DNA of 64,000 nucleotides from Vicinamibacteria bacterium (GTDB lineage Bacteria; Acidobacteriota; Vicinamibacteria; Fen-336): NCBI GenBank assembly GCA_035691285.1, contig DASSJI010000034.1, positions 12,358 to 76,357 of the forward strand, read 5' to 3'. Shown piece by piece: positions 59,483 to 64,000 of this stretch (position 1 is its first letter; each line of letters starts with the position of its first letter). The notes under the pieces were generated by a model. It saw only the letters and a program-made list of their open reading frames with translations, ran no database searches and was not told where the DNA came from. The position numbers and the translations under genes were made by a program.

Positions 59483-59992
59483 TCAGGGCGCGCTGCTGCG
59501 CGTACGACGGAACTCGATCGTGAAGCGCTCTTTCCAGGCCTCGCCGGCGCGCTGCTCGGTACGCACGCGATAGCCGTCGGCGCCCGTGGGCGTGAGCACG
59601 CCGCGTATCTCGAGTGTCGCGCCGTCCGCGAGCGCGACGGTCTCGCGGAACGCCAGGCCGTCGGGCAGGCTCTCGACGGTCCCCTGGCTCAGATGCGCCT
59701 GGTTGGTGAAGTACCAGTACGAGACCGCCTTCCGGCCCGGGTCCCAGCCGATCAGCGTGACGCCCTCGTAGTCCTGGGCCGCGCCGCGCACCACGTGCGC
59801 GTCGCGCAGGTAGCGGCCACCGAGCATCCAGTCGTAGCAGTGCTCGTCCGTGGCCTTGCCGTCGGGGAACGTCCCGCGCCAACACGAGCCGGCCAGGAAC
59901 GCGAGCGGCTTCAAGGCTGCAGACGCGTCGTCAGCCTTGGCGGGCCCCGCCCCAATCAGCGCCCCGAGCAAAGTGATGGCGAGTCGAGCCAT
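59483..59992 (-). CDS. hypothetical secreted protein
   Basis: Signal peptide MARLAITLLGALIGAGPAKADD; 169 aa. Confidence 0.5.
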   Translation of the reverse strand: MARLAITLLGALIGAGPAKADDASAALKPLAFLAGSCWRGTFPDGKATDEHCYDWMLGGRYLRDAHVVRGAAQDYEGVTLIGWDPGRKAVSYWYFTNQAHLSQGTVESLPDGLAFRETVALADGATLEIRGVLTPTGADGYRVRTEQRAGEAWKERFTIEFRRTRSSAP

Positions 59993-60073
59993 TCAGATCA
60001 AGCGGGCGAGCACGTCGGCGGGCACGCGGGGACGCAGCTCCACACCCGCGGCAGTGTAGCACCGGCGGCGGCG

Positions 60074-60826
60074 CTACTCGTCCCCGCCGAAGATGTTGCC
60101 GATGTCGCGCAGCGTGCCGCCGACGCCGGCGATGCCGCCCGTGCCCTCGCGGGTCGTGCCCATGATGCGGCCGGCCAGGCGCGAGAAGGGCAGCGTCTGC
60201 AGCACGCACTTGCCCGGGCCCGTGAGGCTCGCGAGGAACAGGCCTTCGCCCCCGAACAGCGCGTTCTTGAAGCCGCCGACGAACTGGATGTCGTAGGCCA
60301 CGCCGTCCTCGAAGGCCACGATGCAGCCGGTGTCTACACGGACCTGCTGCCCCGGGACGAGATCGAACTCGACGAAGTTGCCGCCGGCGTGGACGAACAC
60401 CGTTCCCGTTCCCGAGAGCCGCTCGAGGATGAAGCCCTCGCCGCCGAAGAGGCCTGCGCCGAAGCGCTTGGTGAAGGCCACGCTGACGTCGATCGCCTGC
60501 GTCGCGCACAGGAACGAATCGCGCTGGCACAACCACGCCCGCCGGCCGTCGAGGTCGAGGCGCTTGAGCTGGCCCGGGTGGGGCGCCGCGAAGGCCACCT
60601 GGCCGACGCTCCGGGCCACGAAGCGCGTCATGAACAGGCTCTCGCCGGCCATCATGCGCTTGAGGCCGCCGAGGAGCCCGCCGCTCATCTTGCTCTCCAT
60701 CGCGACGTCGCCCGCCATGTAGAGCATCGCGCCGGGCTCGGCCTGCACCTCCTGGCCCGGCTGCAGCGGAACCACCACCGCCTGCATCACGTTCCCGATC
60801 ACGTGGAAGTCGGTCGGCTGGCTCAC
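60074..60826 (-). CDS. TIGR00266/AIM24 family protein
   Basis: 250 aa; repeated GGxG-containing beta-rich pattern (FGGEGF, LFGGEGL) typical of DUF124/AIM24. Confidence 0.65.
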   Translation of the reverse strand: MSQPTDFHVIGNVMQAVVVPLQPGQEVQAEPGAMLYMAGDVAMESKMSGGLLGGLKRMMAGESLFMTRFVARSVGQVAFAAPHPGQLKRLDLDGRRAWLCQRDSFLCATQAIDVSVAFTKRFGAGLFGGEGFILERLSGTGTVFVHAGGNFVEFDLVPGQQVRVDTGCIVAFEDGVAYDIQFVGGFKNALFGGEGLFLASLTGPGKCVLQTLPFSRLAGRIMGTTREGTGGIAGVGGTLRDIGNIFGGDE

Positions 60827-60950
60827 GAGGGACTCCTCTCCGGAAGCTTAAGGTCGTCCGGGTTTGAAAGCCAGGGACGCGCTTGCTAGCATCCCCGGCC
60901 GAAGTCAGGACACGGGGCGGGAAGGAAGGCTCCCGCGGAGGGACGCGAAG

Positions 60951-61271
60951 ATGGCCTCGTCGGAGATCGACAAGATTTTCGAGAAGCTCCCGAAGCTCTT
61001 CCAGAAGGGCTCCGTCAAGAAGGACACGAGCTTCTACTTCTCGCTGGGCGAGGACGAGAAATGGACGGTGCTCCTGGGCAAGGACAAGTGCACGGTGAGG
61101 CGGGGCAAGACCTCCGACGCCGACTGCTTCTTCAAGGCCAGCGAGCAGATGTTCCTCGAGGTCTGGAACGGCAAGTACACGCCCTCCGCGAAGGACTTCC
61201 TGATGGGCACGATCAAGAGCAACAACCCACTGATGCTCAAGGACTTCGTGGCGGCGTTCCAGAAGAAGTAG
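60951..61271 (+). CDS. SCP2 sterol-binding domain protein
   Basis: GGAGGG SD then ATG 60951; MASSEIDKIFEKLPKLFQKGSVKKDTSFYFSL...LMLKDFVAAFQKK SCP2 pattern. Confidence 0.7.
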   Translation: MASSEIDKIFEKLPKLFQKGSVKKDTSFYFSLGEDEKWTVLLGKDKCTVRRGKTSDADCFFKASEQMFLEVWNGKYTPSAKDFLMGTIKSNNPLMLKDFVAAFQKK

Positions 61272-62730
61272 ACGCCGTCATCGTCATCGGATCGCGGAGC
61301 GGCAGCGTCACCACCCGGCCGAGCGGCGCCAGGGAGTCGAGCGCCACGGGGTGCTTCGGGTCGCCCAGGTCGATCTCCTTCTGGTCGCCTACGACGAGGA
61401 CCATCATCCGCTCGGGCACGAGGTGCGCGCGGGCCACGCGCCGCACGTCGTCCCTGGTGACGGCGCGAATGCGCTCCCTGTAGGTCTGCCAGAAGCCCGG
61501 GTCTCGCTTCGTGTATTCGTCGCCGGCGAAGGTGCCCACCACCTGCGCGGCGGAGGCGAAGCTCGAAGGGAAGGTCTCGATCAGGCTGCGCTTGATCGTC
61601 TCGAGCTCCTCGTCGGTCACGAGCTCCTCCCGGATCCTCCGGATCTCGTCGATGACGAGGCGCGTCGCGAGGGCGACACTGCGGCTCTTGCTCTGCAGAC
61701 CAGCGCGGAAGCGGCCGGGGTAGTAGACGCCGAAGCCGATCCCCGAGCCGGCCGAGTAGGCGAGGCCCTCGTTCGAGCGCACGCTCCTCGTGATCCGCGA
61801 CGTGAACCCGGAGCCGCCCAGGATCTCGTTCATCACCTCGAGGGCGTAGATGTCGGGGCTCGTGCGCAGCACGCCGGGCAGGCCGATGGACACGCGCCCC
61901 TGGTTGACGTCCTTCTGGATCCGGAAGAGCCCGGGCGCCGCGGGCCGGATCTCGCTCGGCACCGGCGGCACGGCGAGCCGCGGAGACGGCCAGCCGGCGA
62001 AGGCCGCCTCCAGCTTGCGGACGATCTCGCCCCTCGAGAACGCCCCCGACACGGCCAGGATCATGTTGGCCGGGTAGAAATAGCGCCTGTGGAAGGCGAC
62101 GAGGTCGTCCCGGGTCACCGCTCGGAGCGAGGCTTCGGTCGAGAAGCGGTTCGTGAAGTGGCCCTCGCCCAGGAGCAGCACGTTCCACTCCCGGGCTTCG
62201 ATGTCTGCGCTCTCGTCGTTGCGCTTCCTCATCTCCTGAAGGGCCTGCTCCTTCGCCAGGGCGAGGCGATCCTCCTGGAAGCGCGGCGCGCGCAGCACCT
62301 GGACGAACAGGCGCAGGGCCTCGTCGAGGTTGTCCTTGAGGCAGTTCAGGCTGGCGCTGGCGGAGGTATCCCCGACCCCGGTCCCGACCTGGGCTGCGAG
62401 GAAGTCCAGCCGCTCGTCGAGGGCCTCGGCGGACAGGCTGCCCGCCCCGCCCCGCCGCATCTGCGAGCCGACGAGGGCGGCCAGCCCCTCCTGGCCGGGG
62501 GGCTCGAGCCAGCGCCCCGCGCGGACCTGCACTGCGACGTTGACGAGGGGCAACGTCCGGTCCTCTTTCACGTAGGCGACCAGGCCGTTGCGGAGCACCA
62601 CGCGGTGGTCCCTGGCCCGAGGCGGCTCGAAGGCGATCGGCTCGAAGGCGAGAGCGTCCGGCGTCTTGGGGATGTCCTGGCCCGCGCTCTCGAGCCCGAG
62701 GCCGAGCAGCAGCGCGAGAGCCGCTCTCAT
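61237..62730 (-). CDS. M16 family (pitrilysin/insulinase-like) peptidase, likely non-catalytic partner subunit
   Basis: ATG 62730 (MRAALALLLGLGL signal); M16 fold; no HxxEH zinc motif seen. Confidence 0.75.
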   Translation of the reverse strand: MRAALALLLGLGLESAGQDIPKTPDALAFEPIAFEPPRARDHRVVLRNGLVAYVKEDRTLPLVNVAVQVRAGRWLEPPGQEGLAALVGSQMRRGGAGSLSAEALDERLDFLAAQVGTGVGDTSASASLNCLKDNLDEALRLFVQVLRAPRFQEDRLALAKEQALQEMRKRNDESADIEAREWNVLLLGEGHFTNRFSTEASLRAVTRDDLVAFHRRYFYPANMILAVSGAFSRGEIVRKLEAAFAGWPSPRLAVPPVPSEIRPAAPGLFRIQKDVNQGRVSIGLPGVLRTSPDIYALEVMNEILGGSGFTSRITRSVRSNEGLAYSAGSGIGFGVYYPGRFRAGLQSKSRSVALATRLVIDEIRRIREELVTDEELETIKRSLIETFPSSFASAAQVVGTFAGDEYTKRDPGFWQTYRERIRAVTRDDVRRVARAHLVPERMMVLVVGDQKEIDLGDPKHPVALDSLAPLGRVVTLPLRDPMTMTASTSSGTPPRSP

Positions 62731-64000
62731 CGGCCGGGGTCTCCCTTGCGGCGGAACACGCCGACCGTGCGCGCGTCGGGCGCCAGGTACTCCCGCGCAA
62801 CGCGCTGCACGTCGGCCGCGGTCACCGCGTCGGTCTCCAGGGCCGCCGTGCCGAGGTAGCGCCAGTCTCCGAGCGCGTCGTAGACGAGCAGGCGCTGCAT
62901 GATGGACAGCGGTTGCAGGAGCCGGCGATACGCCGCCGCTTTTTCCTGGTTCTTGACCTTCAGCAGCTCTTCGTCGGGCACGGGCTCGTTCTTCAGCCGC
63001 TCGAGCTCCGCGTAGACCGCCTCCTCGGCGGCCGCCGGCCCCTGGCCATCCTTGACCGTGACCTCGACTCCGAAGATGCCCGCGTGCTTCTTGAAGTCGG
63101 CGAAGGCGAAGGCCTGGTTGGCCACCCGTCGGCCCAGGACCAGACCCTTGAACAGGCGGCCGGTGCGGCCGGACAGGAGCCCGGACAGGAGGTCGAGGGC
63201 AGCGCGGTCCTTGTGCACGAACGGCACGCCCTGCCACCAGACCCGCACCGTCGGCGACGTATCCGCCTCGGCGTGGTAGCGCTTCTCGCCGAGCGCCCTG
63301 GGCTCGAGGGTCACGACCTCGGGAGGATCGACCTTCCCGCGCGGCAGTCGCCCGAAGTAGCGCTCGAGGAGCGGCTTCACCGCGGCGCTTCGGAAATCGC
63401 CCACGAGAGCGCCCGTCAGGTTGTTGGGCGCGTAGTAGGTCGCGAAGTACTCCTTGGCCTGAGCCAGCGTGTACGCCGGGATGTCCGAGGCCCAACCCAC
63501 CACCGGCCACTGGTAGGGATGGGCCTGCCAGAACAGCGCCTGGAACTCCTCCTCGAACCGGCCCAGGGGCGTCGCCTCGGTCCTGAGCCGTCGCTCCTCG
63601 AAGACCACGTCACGCTCGCTGTAGAACTCCCGGAACACGGGGTTCAGCAGGCGGTCCGATTCGAGCCAGCACCAGAGCTCGAGGCGGTTCCTCGGCAGGC
63701 GGACGAAGTAGAGGGTCGCGTCCTCGTCGGTCCCGGCGTTCAGGAACTCGCCGCCGTTGCGCGTGTAGATCTGGTCCAGCTGGTCCTTGACGATCGTCGC
63801 GCGCTGCCGCTTCACGAGCTCGTCGAACCGGCGCTCCAGCTCGCGGTAGCGCTCGGTCCTGCTCTCGGGCCTCCCGAGGTCGTCGATCTCGCCGCGGCGC
63901 AGGCGCTCGCGCATCCGCGCGAGCTCCTCCCGCATCGCCGCGCGCACGATCTCCTGCTCGTCGATCAGCTCGAGGTCGGCGTCGATGTCGGTCGTGCCGA
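62727..64000 (-). CDS. M16 family peptidase (5' end outside window)
   Basis: Continuous ORF to window edge; M16 C-terminal domain features; stop overlaps next gene start (ATGA). Confidence 0.7.
   Translation of the reverse strand, partial: GTTDIDADLELIDEQEIVRAAMREELARMRERLRRGEIDDLGRPESRTERYRELERRFDELVKRQRATIVKDQLDQIYTRNGGEFLNAGTDEDATLYFVRLPRNRLELWCWLESDRLLNPVFREFYSERDVVFEERRLRTEATPLGRFEEEFQALFWQAHPYQWPVVGWASDIPAYTLAQAKEYFATYYAPNNLTGALVGDFRSAAVKPLLERYFGRLPRGKVDPPEVVTLEPRALGEKRYHAEADTSPTVRVWWQGVPFVHKDRAALDLLSGLLSGRTGRLFKGLVLGRRVANQAFAFADFKKHAGIFGVEVTVKDGQGPAAAEEAVYAELERLKNEPVPDEELLKVKNQEKAAAYRRLLQPLSIMQRLLVYDALGDWRYLGTAALETDAVTAADVQRVAREYLAPDARTVGVFRRKGDPGR

Overview
The window is a very GC-rich (~70-75% GC), densely coding chromosomal segment on both strands with myxobacterial/deltaproteobacterial-like codon usage. 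I found no rRNA genes, CRISPR arrays or obvious mobile elements. The long 'antisense' ORFs in the six-frame track are GC artefacts; the gene calls below replace them. Many adjacent genes overlap by 4 nt (ATGA/GTGA), consistent with translational coupling.

Main content, 5'->3':
- 1..2513: FHA-domain protein (partial), a secreted dienelactone hydrolase, and a Tat-exported class-V PLP enzyme.
- 2447..12251: a DNA-end-processing island on the minus strand. It contains an EamA transporter, a stand-alone Fe-S Cas4-like PD-(D/E)XK nuclease, a divergent DUF4388 gene, an AddB-AddA helicase-nuclease pair, and directly downstream of addA a KamB/NpmA-family 16S rRNA m1A1408 methyltransferase homolog interrupted by an in-frame TAA.
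- 12233..15723: an ABC substrate-binding protein, a membrane pseudokinase and an MFS transporter.
- 15768..20409: a selenocysteine (in-frame UGA plus SECIS-like hairpin) NAD-type formate dehydrogenase whose alpha subunit is split and encoded in permuted order (Mo-domain, then NuoE/F fusion, then N-terminal Fe-S domain).
- 20411..29535: amtB-glnK with a GAF-sigma54 activator; an Omp85-like outer-membrane protein plus GGDEF-PilZ; an isocitrate/isopropylmalate dehydrogenase-family enzyme; and a LOG-family protein.
- 29584..36148: a lipoprotein, an ECF sigma/anti-sigma operon, a His/Tyr/Pro-rich secreted peptide, a second SAM methyltransferase, a VapBC toxin-antitoxin pair, tandem VWA genes and MoaB.
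- 36218..41692: an orphan nuoL-nuoM pair, a DinB_2-like protein and an AI-2E transporter.
- 41853..48649: a glucosyl-/mannosyl-glycerate synthesis-plus-GH13_18 phosphorylase operon, a Ser/Thr kinase with N-terminal zinc ribbon, and a secreted protein.
- 48768..55815: a reductive pyrimidine-catabolism cluster (dihydropyrimidinase, PreA, class-III aminotransferase, beta-ureidopropionase) with an inserted homocysteine methyltransferase and desaturase.
- 56635..58857: an F0-only ATP synthase operon (atpZ-I-B-E-F).
- 58889..64000: several small hypothetical proteins and two M16 peptidases.

Coordinates of starts inferred by hand may be off by a few nt.
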